This document shows positions 12,730-24,850 of a stretch of 64,000 nt of DNA, one piece after another. Source of the stretch: Vicugna vicugna (Eukaryota); the NCBI GenBank assembly GCA_013265495.1, contig MU058423.1, positions 819,061 through 883,060 on the forward strand, given 5' to 3'. Both the position numbers and the translations under genes were made by a program. Position 1 is the first letter of the stretch, and every line of letters starts with the position of its first letter. Below the pieces are notes generated by a model, which was not told the DNA's origin, searched no databases, and saw nothing but the letters and a program-made list of their open reading frames with translations.

Positions 12730-13049
12730 GCAGCCAGATCCCTGACCTAGGGGCTTTGGTGCAGTGGGGCTGTTTGATTGTTGCAGCTGAGAAGGTGGCA
12801 ACCCCATGAAATGCCACAAATACCAGATGCTGGCAACGACTTAATAAAGCCTCCCAGAGCTAGAGGGCAGTGCACATACCGAACAAGGGCCGATGCGGTG
12901 TGCAGACCTTTCTGCCTTCACTTCACTGGCATGCACGGAGCACCTGCCCTGGGCCTGCCAGCATGCTCGGCTCTGGGGATGCCACAGTGGACGGGACAGA
13001 CCCAACCTGACTCACAGAGTTTAGCCTGATCATAGTAGCAACGTGGTGA

Positions 13050-13540
13050 TGAGGGTAGTAACAGGAGTTCCCAGCCCTCCCTGTGGGCCAGAATCCTCTG
13101 ACACTTACACATGTGGCAACGCCTTGAAACTTTAGAACAACCCGTAAGGAAGGGGCTGATAGCATGCCCACCTTACAGATAGCAAAATGGAGGCACAGAG
13201 AGGTTAAGTAACTTGTCCAAAGTTTCACAGCTAACAAATAAAGGAGCTAGTATTTGAACCCAGGCAGTCTGAGTGCCTGGGCTGTGAACTGGGCTTTGAT
13301 GATAATCCCCAGGAAGGAGAAGGATGCTGCCTCCCATCTTGGTGTGACACTTAGAGTTCGCAAAGCATTTTCAACATACTCGATTTAGCCCATTTGAACC
13401 TACCAACAGGCCTCTGGGGTAGGTCCCGTGACTCCCACTTTACAGACGAGGGAAATGGGCATCACACATTTCAGTAATGCGTTAGTCCCCAGACAGCTAG
13501 TAGAGGACAGGCAGGGCTCAGGCCCAGCTGCGTTGGGTCC
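13050..13540 (-). mobile_element. Two MIR SINEs
   Basis: TTACAGATAGCAAAATGGAGGCACAGAGAGGTTAAGTAACTTG...TTTGAACCCAGGCAGTCTGA; second core TTTACAGACGAGGGAAATGGG. Confidence 0.8.
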
Positions 13541-14794
13541 AGATGGCATTGTACGGTCACTGTCGGGACCGGGCCCACTCGCCGTCTCATTCTGGGCCTC
13601 AGTTTCCCCGTGTGTAAAACAACAAAGAACCAATGCCTGCTGCCTCCTGATTTCCAGAGACTGTGTCGGTGTGGTATTAAGTGGATCGTATTAAAAATAA
13701 AATTGTGGCTAAAGAGAGTGGAGATCTTCTGGGTGAAGAACCAGGAGGAGGTCCCCTCCCAGTGCCCCTGTCTTGGATTTTCACCACATCCGACTCACAG
13801 GAGGAGCGAGCTCTTGACCACACATTGTGCAGGAAAGCAGCCGAACCTGGAATCCCACAGACCTGGGTTCAAGTTCTGCCCTGACACGCAGCGGCTACAC
13901 TCTTGGGACAGTCACCCCACCTCCCGTTTGCCCTGTGTCTCGGGGGTGGGAATGCCTGCTTCCAGGGCTGCAGTGAGGAGAGATGAGACCAGCGAGGAGT
14001 GTTTGCCCCAGGAAGTACTAAGATCCCAACAGTTGCTTGAAATCATCCCTCAGTATTTTTATCTTTGGTCCTGGAAGTGCTCGTGCCTGAGGGGATGACA
14101 GAATTCCTTCCTGAGCTCCTTCCTCCTGGCATTTAACCAAGCTTTCTTCGAAGAACTCCTTCTCCATGCTTGCTGTGACCCCAGATGGGGGCCGAGGCCC
14201 ATCCTCACCCCTGGGAGCTCTCGGGAGGGAGGTGCGGGCACACCGGCCCCGCTGAGCCCGCCCTGCAGGTGGGAGCTGGCAGCCTCTCCTCGCAGGCTTC
14301 CTGCCCCCTGCTGGGCCTGGGCCGCCTCCCCATTCCACACCCCTCCCAGGGAGGGCCACCTAGAGCATCCTGAGCATATGGAGAAGGGGTTACTCGGCAG
14401 CCCCCTGACTCATCGAGCTGCTGAATAATCCGCGAAGGTGACTGATTTAGAGAACATGCCAATTTGATATCAGGGTCTGATCACTAGAACGCAGCTCCCC
14501 GGGGAAGAGAAAATGAAAAATATGACTAAACTGTCCTCCCACACGGGCTGTCATTAAAGCAGGGCTCGGTGTGTCACCGATATTTTTTGCTCCGTCTCCA
14601 AATAATTTGTTCTTCCAACTTTAAGAAATTTTTTAAAATTTAATTTTTATTACCTCTTCCTCCACCTCCCTATTTGGCGTGCCCTGTGCTTTGGGAGGCC
14701 AAGGGAAAGTCAAAGGTGTGTTTTCCTGGTCGTGACCTGCAAAGGAGACGCCGAGAAGCCCCAGGGCAACCTGGACTACAGCTGAGGCAGAATT

Positions 14795-15045
14795 GTCCCT
14801 CCTGCTCCTCCCCCTCTCCCTCCTCCCCTCCCCCCTCTTTTTCTTCCTTCTCCTCCCTCCTCATCCTCCCTTTCTTCCTCTTCCTCCTCATTTTTCTCCT
14901 CCTCCTCCTCTCCCTCCTTGCTCCTCCCCTCTCCCCCTCCTTCTCCCATCTTCCCTCCCCTCCTCTCCCTCCTCCCTCCCTCCTTCCTCCTCCTCTCTCT
15001 CCCTCCTTCTTCTCCCATCTTCCCTCCCCTTCTCTCCCCCTCCTC
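14795..15045. repeat. Polypyrimidine/polypurine low-complexity tract ((CCT)n/CT-rich)
   Basis: About 250 bp almost exclusively C/T on the + strand; this explains the spurious P/S/L-rich and E/R/G-rich ORFs. Confidence 0.95.
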
Positions 15046-15389
15046 CTGCTGCTGTGCCTCTTTGTCAAGGAACTGAGGCCATGCAGGCCCCACCACTCTG
15101 CTTTGATGCTGAGGAGGCGTTTCTAGGAATTCTTTAGGAGAAAGACATCCTCAGAAAGGTCGGGCAGGTCCAGGTCCCGAGCCCTGCCCTGCAGGCCCTG
15201 CCTCAGCCAGAGAGCATCTCCTCCCCACACAGTCAGGGCCCAGGTGGCTCCTGGCCTGGCGACCCTGGGCCAGCCCTTTGCTAGGGTGGCCTCCACCAAT
15301 TCCAACCGGGAGCTTCCTGCGCTGCCACCGTGCCACCCAGTCTGGTAGCATTCACTCCTGCCATCTTTAGCTCCCGGGGAGAGAGCCAA

Positions 15390-15990
15390 TCAGTGTTTAC
15401 TATGTGCCAGGTACTGCGCTGGGATCTGGGGGCAGAGCCATAAATATGACCCATTTCCTGGCCCTGCATTCTGGTGATGGGTGGGTGGTGGATAGGGGGA
15501 CCTACACAAACACGTAAACAGATAAACACACAAATGACTAAGATAACCCCAAGCACGGTGCTGTGAAAGAGATAGAACAGGGTAAGGTGGGAGAGAGGGA
15601 GCGATAGCTTTAGCCAGGGGCTGAGGAAGGGCCAGAGGGACTGAGGGGGGGACCCCGGGGCGAAGGACTTCACTCTGCAAAGATCCAGACAGGAATCTTC
15701 CAGGCGAAAAGGCAAAAGCACAGGCCAGCAAACACCAATATTGGAGATGATCTCAGCCTGTCTGAGAGGCAGGAGGCAGGCTGCGAGGGGGCCGGTGAAC
15801 ACGCTTGGCCAGGAGGAGGCAGCCAGCCACGGGTCCCTGGGCGCTCACTCACCTGCAGCCCAGGGGAAGATTTGGAATGCATTTTAGGTGTTAAGGAAAG
15901 CCTTTGGAGGGTCTGAAGCTGTAGGCGATGTGATCTGGTTTGTGCTTTAAAAGCTAAGTCCGACTGATGTGTGAAGGATGGGTTGTGGGG
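15390..15990 (-). mobile_element. L2 LINE 3' fragment
   Basis: TACTATGTGCCAGGTACTGCGCTGGG 3' motif; downstream GGAAAGCCTTTGGAGGGT...TGTGATCTGGTTTGTGCTTTAAAA L2 motifs. Confidence 0.75.
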
Positions 15991-17449
15991 AGTGAGAGGG
16001 GCCGGGGTGCCCAGTGAACAGCAGGCCAGGGACAGGGGCTGAGACCCCGCTTGTCTGCCCTGCTCCCTCCACTGAGCTGCAGGCGCCTCACACCTTGAAT
16101 GTTCAGATCCTCCCTGTACTTGCCCGGTTGTCACAGCCCTCATCACCCTATGGTGTAATTATGTATACTGCCTGCCTGTCTCAGTACAGGACTGTGAGCC
16201 CCCAGAGGGCAGGGATTGTCTTCTTTTGCCATCCTGTCCTGTCCCAGCCAGCTCGGCCCAGAGCAGCCACTCAGCAAGCATCTGTGGACACGGAACCCTC
16301 CTTTATGACCATCATTTCAGCAAAAGTCAGGCTGTCTTACCCTTTTGCAAATCTAAGGCTCACCATTCATACTAAGTCTTGAGTCACCTCCTCCAGGACG
16401 TCTTCTTTGATTGTAGAGGGTACTTTGCTGCCTCCTCTCAGCCCATGGGCTCCCTGTTTCAAATCCATGTCTCCCTAGAACGTGGTTTTCAGAAGGTCTT
16501 CCTGCCCGTTCTGCTTCTCTTCATTAGTTTGTTCAGTAGATAGTTGTCATTTAGTCTCAACTTAAATGTCAGAGACACCTTCCCTGATGACACTGTGATT
16601 CTCTTTGTGGTACTCTATTGTCTTTCACCTGTGTGCTTGTGTATTTATTTATTGTATGAGCTCCCCAAATACAGCATCAGTTCCGGAAAGCGGGTCCTGG
16701 TTTCTCTCGCTCACAGCTGCCTCCCAAGTGCCCAGAGCAGTCCCTGGCATGCGGTGGGCCCTCAGGAATTATTTTGTGAGCAGATGAGCCCTGAGCTCTT
16801 CCTAGGTATAAACTGTTGCTACAGGCACCATGGCCCTTCCCTCTGAAGGCAAACCATCTGCCTGAGGTCCTGAGAAGCACATCTTGGATGATTGGCTCGC
16901 AGGTCGGAGCAGTGCCCAAGAAATGATCCAACAGGCTGTCAGGCAGGGAGCCGAGGGGAGTCGGGGGCCGGAGTGGCCAGGCGGGCTTCATGCAGGGCCT
17001 GGGGGCTGAGGCGGGCTTTGGACGCTCACTCTCACTGCCAGGGCTTTGCTGGCCTCGCTCCTCCACCTGAGACACCAGACCGCACTCGCTTTGGACCACT
17101 TTGCGGACTCTGGTTTGTTCTTCTGGTTTGGAGCTGCTTCTCCAGGAAGCTTTTCCCTGTCTCATGTGCCCAAGGCGGTGGGGCCCTGGGCATCCCTCTC
17201 TTGTAAGGCTCCTCATACAGCTTTGGAATAGCCTTTCCAAAGTCTGTCTCAGGCTCCCCCGACAGACACACCCACACCCACCCACGCACACACACAAGAA
17301 AGTTGACTCCATGAGGGCAAGGAGGGCGTCTGGTTCATTTCCGATTCCCAAGAACCTGCGTTCCCGGAACGTAGTCAGTATATGTAGAACAGATGAAGAA
17401 GAGAGTTTATTCTCTTCCCTGGTGGGTAAGGAGCTCCCAGAGTACAGGT

Positions 17450-17790
17450 AGCAATTCATCTGTTCCTTCAGCAAATATTTGTAGAGTGCTTACTCTGTAC
17501 CAGGCACCGTTCTAGGCTCTGGAGATACAACTGCCAACAAGGCAGACGAAACTGCCTGCGTTCCAGGAGCTTACACGCTAGTTGAGGGGCAGGCAAAACG
17601 AGAACGGTTACTGAAGTGGTAAGCTAGATGCTGATCAGTGCGATGGGGAACAATGAAGCAGAGAAGGGACAGGGAGTGTTGAGGGGACAATATTGAGCAG
17701 GTTAGTCAGGAACGGCCCCCAGGAAGGTGTCGCTGGGGATGCCACGGGGAAAGTGAGGGCTACCAGGTGAAATTTATGCACTTGGACACT
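17450..17790 (-). mobile_element. L2 LINE 3' end
   Basis: TTCAGCAAATATTTGTAGAGTGCTTACTCTGTACCAGGCACCGTTCTAGGCTCTGGAGATACA. Confidence 0.85.
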
Positions 17791-17799
17791 CGGTCCTGT

Positions 17800-19620
17800 C
17801 CCTCCTGCAGAACATTCCTCCAGCAAGTCTCCCCTCTTCTGAATCACTGAATTCTCTTCTCTAATGGATCATTCTTACTGGCTTTCAGACATCCTGTCAG
17901 ACATCCTGTTATTTCTTCCTTCTTAAAATACCTCCCTCCCCCCGACCCTCACCTCCCTGCTAACGAACCCTCTCCATTTCTTTGCTTCCCTTTGCAGCAA
18001 AACTCCCTGAAGGAATATTCTGATTCATCTCTTCTCGTTCTCTTTCTTCTTTTCTTTTTAACTTGATAAACATTCATTGTGCTGCCCAGGTGCCTGGCAC
18101 TTTGCAAACACACTGATTTCATCCTCCTCACAGCCCTTTGAAGTAGGTGGCCTCAGATCAGGAAACAAGGCAAAGAGAGGTTAAAGGACTTGCCTAAAGT
18201 TACACAGCTAGAAAGAGGCAGTGCTGGGACTCGAACCCTGGTAGGCTGGGGTGCAGGTCTGTGCTCTGAATCACTCTGCTACACACCCCTTAAGTCACAT
18301 CTCCTGAAACCCACCTCCCTTGGGCTTCTCAAGCCCCACTCTCCCGAAACTCTTCTGTTGAGATCACCTGTGACTCCATGTTGCTAGATCCCAGGGCCAC
18401 TTCTCACCCTTCATCTTTCCTGACATCTCAGCAGCGTGTAGCATGGTTGGTCACTCTGTTCCTTGTCACACTTTCTTCTCACTTTCACTCCCTATCAGTC
18501 TCCTCTGCTGGCTTCTCTTCTCCTCCCCAACCCATGGGGGTGGGAGAGCCCACAACGGGGTCCTTCATCCTTTTCTCCACCAACCCTCACTCCTTGGTCA
18601 TCTCATCTAGTCTCCTGGCTTTAAATCCTCTACATGCTAAGACTCCCATGTTTATAAATCCAGGGGAGACTTCTTTCCCTAACTCCAGGCTTCTATGTCC
18701 ACCTGAGTTCTTTACATCTCTGCTTGGGTGTATAATTGGTATCTCTGGTTCCACCTGTCTAACTAAACTGATTTTCTCCTCCACCCCTCCCCAAACCTGC
18801 CCCACCCCTCTATCTTTGTTGATGGAAAGCTCCGTCCTTGCAGATTCTCAAGCCAAAAGCCTTAGCATCCTCCTTGATTTCTCTGTTTATCTCACCCCCT
18901 ACATTCCATCTGTCAAGAAATCTTGCTGACTGTTCCTTCAGAGCACACACAGGACCTGACCACATCTCACCATCAACCCTCCTGCGGTGCTGGCTCAAGC
19001 CCCCATCTTCTCTGGATTACGTGATGCCCTCCTAGCTGGTCTCCCACTTGCATCCCTGACCCCTTATCTACCCTCATCACAGTGGCAAATGCAACCCTAT
19101 TAAGACTTAAGTCAGAACATATTGTCCTCTGCTCCCCTATCCTCTGATGGCTCCCCATTTCATCCAGAGGCGAAGTGTTTACAGTGTCTTCCATGACCTT
19201 CCACAATCTGGTCCCCATAATTTCTCTGAACTCGTATGGCTCCCCTGTGGGAACCCTCCAGGCCCGCCAGTCTGGCTGCTGTCCCTCCACATCTCAGGAA
19301 TGCTCCCACCTTGGCACTTGGTTGTTTCCATTGCCTGAAATGCTCACCCACCAGGATGCCCGTACAGCCAGCTCCCTCAGAGTCACCTTTTGGGTGGAAC
19401 CTGCCTGGACCTCCCAGGCTTCCCACTCCCCCTCCCTCTGCTCTGTCTTTCCCTCCATAGCACTTTTCACCTTCTACCGTATGGTAAGGTTTATGTTTTC
19501 AAGTAAACCTCCCCTCACTGGACGTCAGCTCCACAGGAGCTGGAATCTTTATCTTGTTCAGGGATATTCTCAGCAACCAGGACCAAGCCTGACAGAACCA
19601 TGCTCCGTAGACACCTATTC
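17800..19620 (+). mobile_element. Long L2 LINE fossil with decayed reverse-transcriptase region; MIR inserted at ~18060-18290
   Basis: 18320-18480 resembles the L2 RT segment (PHHSTETAL...LLDLSAAFDTVDH; ORF track shows KPHSPETLL); typical L2 3' region follows; frames are disrupted. Confidence 0.85.
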
Positions 19621-21654
19621 AGTGATTCTCTGGCAAAGGCCTTCCAGGCAGGGGACCAGAGGTTGCCAGGGTCCTGCCACGTTCTAGCAGGGTCAGGGTC
19701 CATCAGTCTGTCCACGGGGCAGACCTACTGGCCAGGCTGCAGCGCCTGCCCCCCATTTTTGAGCAGCCCTCATTTCATGTGCAGGGTGACATCTGTGGCC
19801 TGGCCCAGGTGGAGCAGCAGGACGCTGATCACAGCCCAGCAAACCCCAGCCCAGCCGCCCGCCACGTCTCCTCCATTTATCCAGACAGGCCCGCTACACA
19901 GAGATAAACACACAACCCTGATCCAAAGAGAGATAAACTGACCTCTGCACACCTCCCGCTGCCCTTGCAGACACAATCAGAGAAAAAGGCTTGGGCCGCA
20001 AAGCTGCTGCCAGCCAGCGATGGAAACGGGTGGCGATCCGACCCGAGACCGTGGCCAGGCTTCCGTCCTCTCGCCTGCAGCCCCCAGGGTTCTGCGGTCT
20101 GTCTGCCGGTTTCTTCTCTTCTTTCCCTAAATGTGTATTCGCCTCTTTCTGTTCTGCTTCTCCATTGTCCCTACTCTCCGTAGCCCCCGCGCAGGTCTCT
20201 GTCTGTGTCTTCACAGAGTCTCTCTGGAGCTGGGTCTCTGCCTCACTGTGTTTTCCTCCAGGATTCTGTGGGGCCCCTTCCTCTGGCCCTCTCTAATCTT
20301 TCCCTCCTCCTCCATTCCACCTCTTCCTTTTTCATAGCCTCTCTTTCTGTTTTCCTCTCCCTCCGAGTCCTCCCCTGGCTCATGACCCCCATCCTGGCTT
20401 CTTCTCTTGGCTTCTGGCCTTTGGGAGCGACGTGCTGCCTCCCTTCACCATGTCCACCGGGAAGTCCTGCACCTCTTCCCTCTCACCCTACAATTAGGAC
20501 TTCTGTCCATGACTTGGTATGCAGTCTGAGCAGAGCCTGCTGCCAGTCCCTGCCTCCTCTACCAAAGCTCTGGTCCACCCACTGGGGGTGACGTGTCTCA
20601 GCCCCACTGCCTTGGCTTCCCCGGTGGCCCATGGCCTTTGCCAGGACCTGGGGTTTTTGCCCTTTCTCTGGCACTATCCCCGCAGCTGGGTCTAAGGCCC
20701 AAGGCTGGTTCCTGGAGAAATCTCCATCCAAATCACAAATCCTTCTCTGCTGCTCCCTCCCACTGACCATGAGTTTTCCATTCCTGGGCACTCCAAACTG
20801 ATTCCTTATCAGATGTAAGTCCTGCCCATCTTTCTCTTTATAGCCAGCGTGTCGGATAACTTTATAAAACTTAGCACCAGCCTCTGGTTTATTGGCCACA
20901 GTAGGGCCAGTTTTAAATCTGGCTTCCTTGCTGGCCCTCCGTTTTCTCAGCCAGTGAATGTTCACCCCACTACCCCATGAGAGAGAAACCACGGGGCCCT
21001 GGAGGGGTCCTTTGCCTCTGGGGGTTTTGTTTCAGTTGGAAATATCAAGTACTTGAAGGCAGCATGCAGTTCTGGCTGGATCCCAGATGAGGTTGGGGAG
21101 ATGTGTATTTTTCTCTCCTCTCTCCCCTTCGTCTCTTCTTCCTTCTTAGTATGACCACTCCTAAATTGTTCTCTTTTTTTTGTCATTCTCCCCTTCTGGC
21201 CCTGGAGACAATCTTCCCCTCCCTCCTCACCCCCGCCTGCCAAAAGGGTATTTTCATCGAAGGTTGTTGACTACACAAATGAGCTCATGTCCACGAAGGG
21301 GCTTTGTGAGATGGAAAACATGATAACTTGTGGTTTAACAGTGCTTCCCGGCCTCCTTGGACAGAAGAAGCCGCTCTCTAATGCCTGGGCAGTGTTTCTC
21401 CTTGGCTCTTACCTCTGACTCCTAGCTGACACCATCCCCACCGAAAGCTCCAGTCTTGCCCCCAGACAGATGTGAGCAGGAGCCTGTTGGCCTCTCTCCC
21501 CACATGCCTCCCCATCCCTGGCATCCTCACATGCCCAGAGCTTTCTTCTTAGCTTACTACAGCGTGGCAGGAATTCCTCATAGCACTGTGCCAGGCAGTG
21601 TTTACATCTCTGTTGAATGCTGGTGGTGACAGACAGCTCACTACCTTTAGGTGG

Positions 21655-21895
21655 GAGGCTTAGTGGTCAAGAATATGTGTGTTGGGGTCACAGGGATCCA
21701 CCGTCTGCTGGTTGTGCCACTTCAGGTACATTTACTTAGCCTCTCTAACTCTCAGTTTTTTTCTTTGTTAAAATGACAAAAAAAAATACCTTTGTTGGGC
21801 TGTTGTGAAAAGATAGGGAGGTAATGCAGCGAAAGTGCTTATCACAGGGCCTGATACTTTGTACCTGCTCAGGAAGTGTTAGCTATTTTATTATT
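21655..21895 (+). mobile_element. MIR SINE
   Basis: TAGTGGTCAAGA...TTACTTAGCCTCTCT...CTCAGTTT...AAAGTGCTT...TGTTAGCTATT. Confidence 0.85.
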
Positions 21896-22412
21896 AACTC
21901 ACAAGGCGGCCTTTGCATGGTTCTGAACTGAAATTGGTCTCCCCATAAATTGAAAAGGCCCTGGTTCTACAGTCTGGAGCTACACAAAAGCCCCTAATCC
22001 CTCTTGCATAGGATAACCCTTCAAATGTTTGAAGACGGCTTTCATGGTCCTTCTAAATCTTTTCTCAATTTAGATCTCCCTAGTTTCATCACCTAGTCCT
22101 CATATTTTTCATGGTTTCCAGGCCCCTTGCCATCTAGGTCACTGTCCTTTGTACACGCTTGTCAATGCCCTTTCCAAAAATACACCATATGGAAGTGAAG
22201 GTGTGACTACGAATCTGGTCTGACCTGCCCAGGGTGCAAATGGGGCTACATTGCCCTTGACCTGGATGCTGAAAACGGTCAAAGCCTCATTAGTGTATGT
22301 TGGTGTGTCTGTTTGTGGACTGGTTGGCGGGGTGACCTGTGATCAACTGAAAACTCTGGATTTTCACATGAACCTCTCAAGCCCACCCTCCAGACCTACT
22401 GAATTAGTTTTT

Positions 22413-22607
22413 TATTTGTCTGTTTTTGATGGGGGGAAGGGGTAACTAGGTTTCTTTCTTTCTTTCTTCCTTTCTCTCTTTCTTTCTCCCTTCCTTCCTT
22501 CCTTCCTCCCTTCCTTTCTTTCTTTCTATGGCCCTTACTAGGGATTGAACCCAGGACCTCGTGCATGCTAAGCACACACTCTACCACTGGGCTATACCCT
22601 TACCCCT
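22413..22607 (-). mobile_element. Camelid tRNA-Ala-derived SINE (vic-1 type, long form with microsatellite linker)
   Basis: Reverse complement GGGTATAGCCCAGTGGTAGAGTGTGTGCTTAGCATGCACGAGGTCCTGGGTTCAATCCCTAGT; TSD CTGAATTA(G/A)TTTTT at 22399-22412 and 22610-22623. Confidence 0.92.
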
Positions 22608-22699
22608 TGCTGAATTAATTTTTGAACTAATGCAGGATGGATGTTGTGTCTGATCAGTTGCACTGTATTTATTTTGACCCCTACTGTAGGTCGAAGATC

Positions 22700-23000
22700 T
22701 ATTTTTAACTTCATTATTTGAATAGATATTACACTTCCATATTTAGAAATGAAAAATTTTGACAGGATAAACTGTGAAAAGTTCTAGGCCATTCCATCTG
22801 CCCAGTGTTCTCTCTCCCCACACAGACAATGACCACGTTCTTTGTTTCTTATGTGTCCCTCTGGAGTTTCTCTAGGCAGGTACTAGCCAATACCAATAAT
22901 GGTTCTTATATTTCACCTGCTTTTTACACAAATGGTAGCGTATGGGAAGCACTGCTCTAAAACCTGCTTTTTCACCCAGTAATGTCTGGGATCTTTTTGA
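22700..23000 (-). mobile_element. Old L1 (L1M-type) 3' UTR fragment
   Basis: TTTTTACACAAATGGTAGC...CCTGCTTTTTCACCCAGTAATGTCTGGGATCTTT typical of L1ME/L1MC 3' ends. Confidence 0.7.
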
Positions 23001-23323
23001 CTCTTCAGTCTTCCATCTGACATAGTTTCACATCTACCAGACTTGTGAGATTTGTACATAAAGTAAGCACGTATCGATGTCTTTATCCAAGCTGTTGATA
23101 GAATCTGTGTATGGAGCCTGGAGACCTGTCACCATGGACTTGCCACAGGCTGATGCCCATCCATAAATCAATGCTGCTGTCCACAGTCTTCTGCTGGTAC
23201 AGCTAACGAGGCTGATTCTCAGCCCATTTTCTTCTCCTTCTTCTCAAGGATAACGCACAAATATGTCAAATACCTCACTAAAGAACTGGGTATATAGAAG
23301 CTTCCTGAGTTATCAGTCTAGAA

Positions 23324-23570
23324 CAGTGGTTCTCAACTAGGAAAGATTTTTCCCTAGGGGACATTTGGCAATGTCTGGAGACTCTTGGCTGTCATAACCG
23401 AGTGTGTAGGGAGAGAGGGGGAGCCAGGGCTTCCCCTGGCATCCCCTGGGTAGAGGCCAAGATGCAGCTAAACATTGTACAATGCACAGGGCGGCCCGCA
23501 GGCTCCCACCCTCACGCAGCAAAGAATTATCAGGTCTAAATGTCAGTAGCGCCAAGGTTGAGAAACCCTG
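23324..23570. mobile_element. MER20 hAT-Charlie DNA transposon
   Basis: TIRs CAGTGGTTCTCAAC / GTTGAGAAACCCTG; internal GGGGACATTTGGCAATGTCTGGAGAC; degenerate 8-bp TSD GTCTAGAA / ATCTAAAA (NTCTAGAN target preference). Confidence 0.95.
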
Positions 23571-24679
23571 ATCTAAAACCTTACCAAAATAAAATAAAAA
23601 AAAACTTTTTAAAGATTGATTTGGTGTTACCTGGTTTTGAGAAATCCTTGCTGGTTCTTAATAATCACCCCTTTTCAAAGTTACATTAACATAAATTTAT
23701 TTTGGCAAGAGAAGATCCTCTGATCGAGTGATAAACATCATCTAGACTCTCCTGTCTCATGGAGAGAGTCCCCAGATTTGAGGCACTGCTCCTCTCATGG
23801 GGGATGAGTTCTTCCAGGGGTGCCCTCCTCCATGGAGGTATCTCAGCGTGGGAGCTTCCTCTCTAGTGATTTCTGTCCTCTTCCCAGGACTGCTCACGTT
23901 CCTGGTGATGACTTCAGTTCTGGCTTCTCTCCCTCCCCTGCCCCCGCCCCCAGCCCCAGCCAGGAATCGCACAGAATCTGTGGAACATTAGGAAGTCATA
24001 GGGCTTAGGGGCAGTTCGATGACTTGACCAAGGTCTTTCCCTCTTTAAATGTGCCCATGTCCCACTTAGGGAGATGTCCAGGTCCCCAAATGAACATCTC
24101 AAAAACCTTGACAAATAGAAAAACAAATAAATAAAACATTTCCCACACCTCTTTAGAGGAATAAGTCTAAAAAAGATTGAACTGAAGGTTCAAAGGAGTT
24201 GTTGCTGTCCAGCAGGGCTGCCAGCCATGCACGGTCCATCTTCATACTCACTGAGCTCCTGCCGTATCCAAAATTCGTTCAGGGATAAAGAAAGCATGGA
24301 CCCAGCCCCTGAAGAACTTATAAGAAGCAGCCTGTATAGTGCCAAAGCATCACCTTGGGACAGCTCTGCATCCAGATCCCACAGAGATGGTGAGAACTGT
24401 GTTGATTAGACCTGGCACTCAAGGCCTTGAAGTGTCAGTTTCTCCTCCATAAGAATGGAGAGGGCAATAGCCATCTCATGTTCATGAAAACAGAATGAGA
24501 ATAAACATCTGAAATGCCTCATGCATGTCATAAGAAGCCAACGTTGTAGTTATTATTGAATACTCTGTCCTAGTACAGATATGATACATGCAGAATCTGA
24601 TAAACACTAAAAAAACAAAAAACAAAAAAACACACCCAAAGAACTGTAGACGCATAAAGGAAGAGTCACTGAAGTAGCT

Positions 24680-24850
24680 GAAAGTGCTGTGAAGACCTGG
24701 CTTTGAATCCCTCCTCTGTCACTCAGGAGCTGTGTAAACGTGAATGCTTCGCTTCATTTCTCTAAGCCTCTGCTTTTTCATCTAGAAAGTGGAGATAATA
24801 GGACCTCCTTAAACAGCAATAAGTATTAAATAAATGCTTGTTGAGTCCGC
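24680..24850 (+). mobile_element. MIR SINE
   Basis: GACCTGGCTTTGAATCCCTCCTCTGTCACT...AGCTGTGT...TCTCTAAGCCTC. Confidence 0.75.

Larger units (their letters stand above)
21930..23720 (-). mobile_element. L3/CR1 LINE fossil interrupted by SINE, L1 and MER20 insertions
   Basis: CR1/L3-type motifs CCCTTCAAATGTTTGAAGAC, TGGTCTGACC...GGGGCTACATTGCCCTTGACCTGGA, TCTTTATCCAAGCTGTTGATA, TGTCAAATACCTCACTAAA, GAGAAATCCTTGCTGG. Confidence 0.7.

Noticed and set aside
14670..15137. Overlapping E/R/G-rich and P/S/L-rich ORFs
   Set aside because: Artefacts of the polypyrimidine tract, which lacks stop codons in all frames.
16677..17474. Longest ORF (265 aa, minus strand)
   Set aside because: Non-ATG start inside an L2 tail, ends in another L2 fragment, no recognisable domain or codon bias; consistent with a chance ORF in GC-rich DNA.
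18190..18929. Reverse-transcriptase-like ORFs
   Set aside because: Frameshifted fossil of L2 ORF2; not an intact or domesticated gene.
17450..19620. Inverted L2 junction suggesting twin-priming inversion
   Set aside because: Both oppositely oriented pieces carry their own L2 3' end, so they are two independent insertions.
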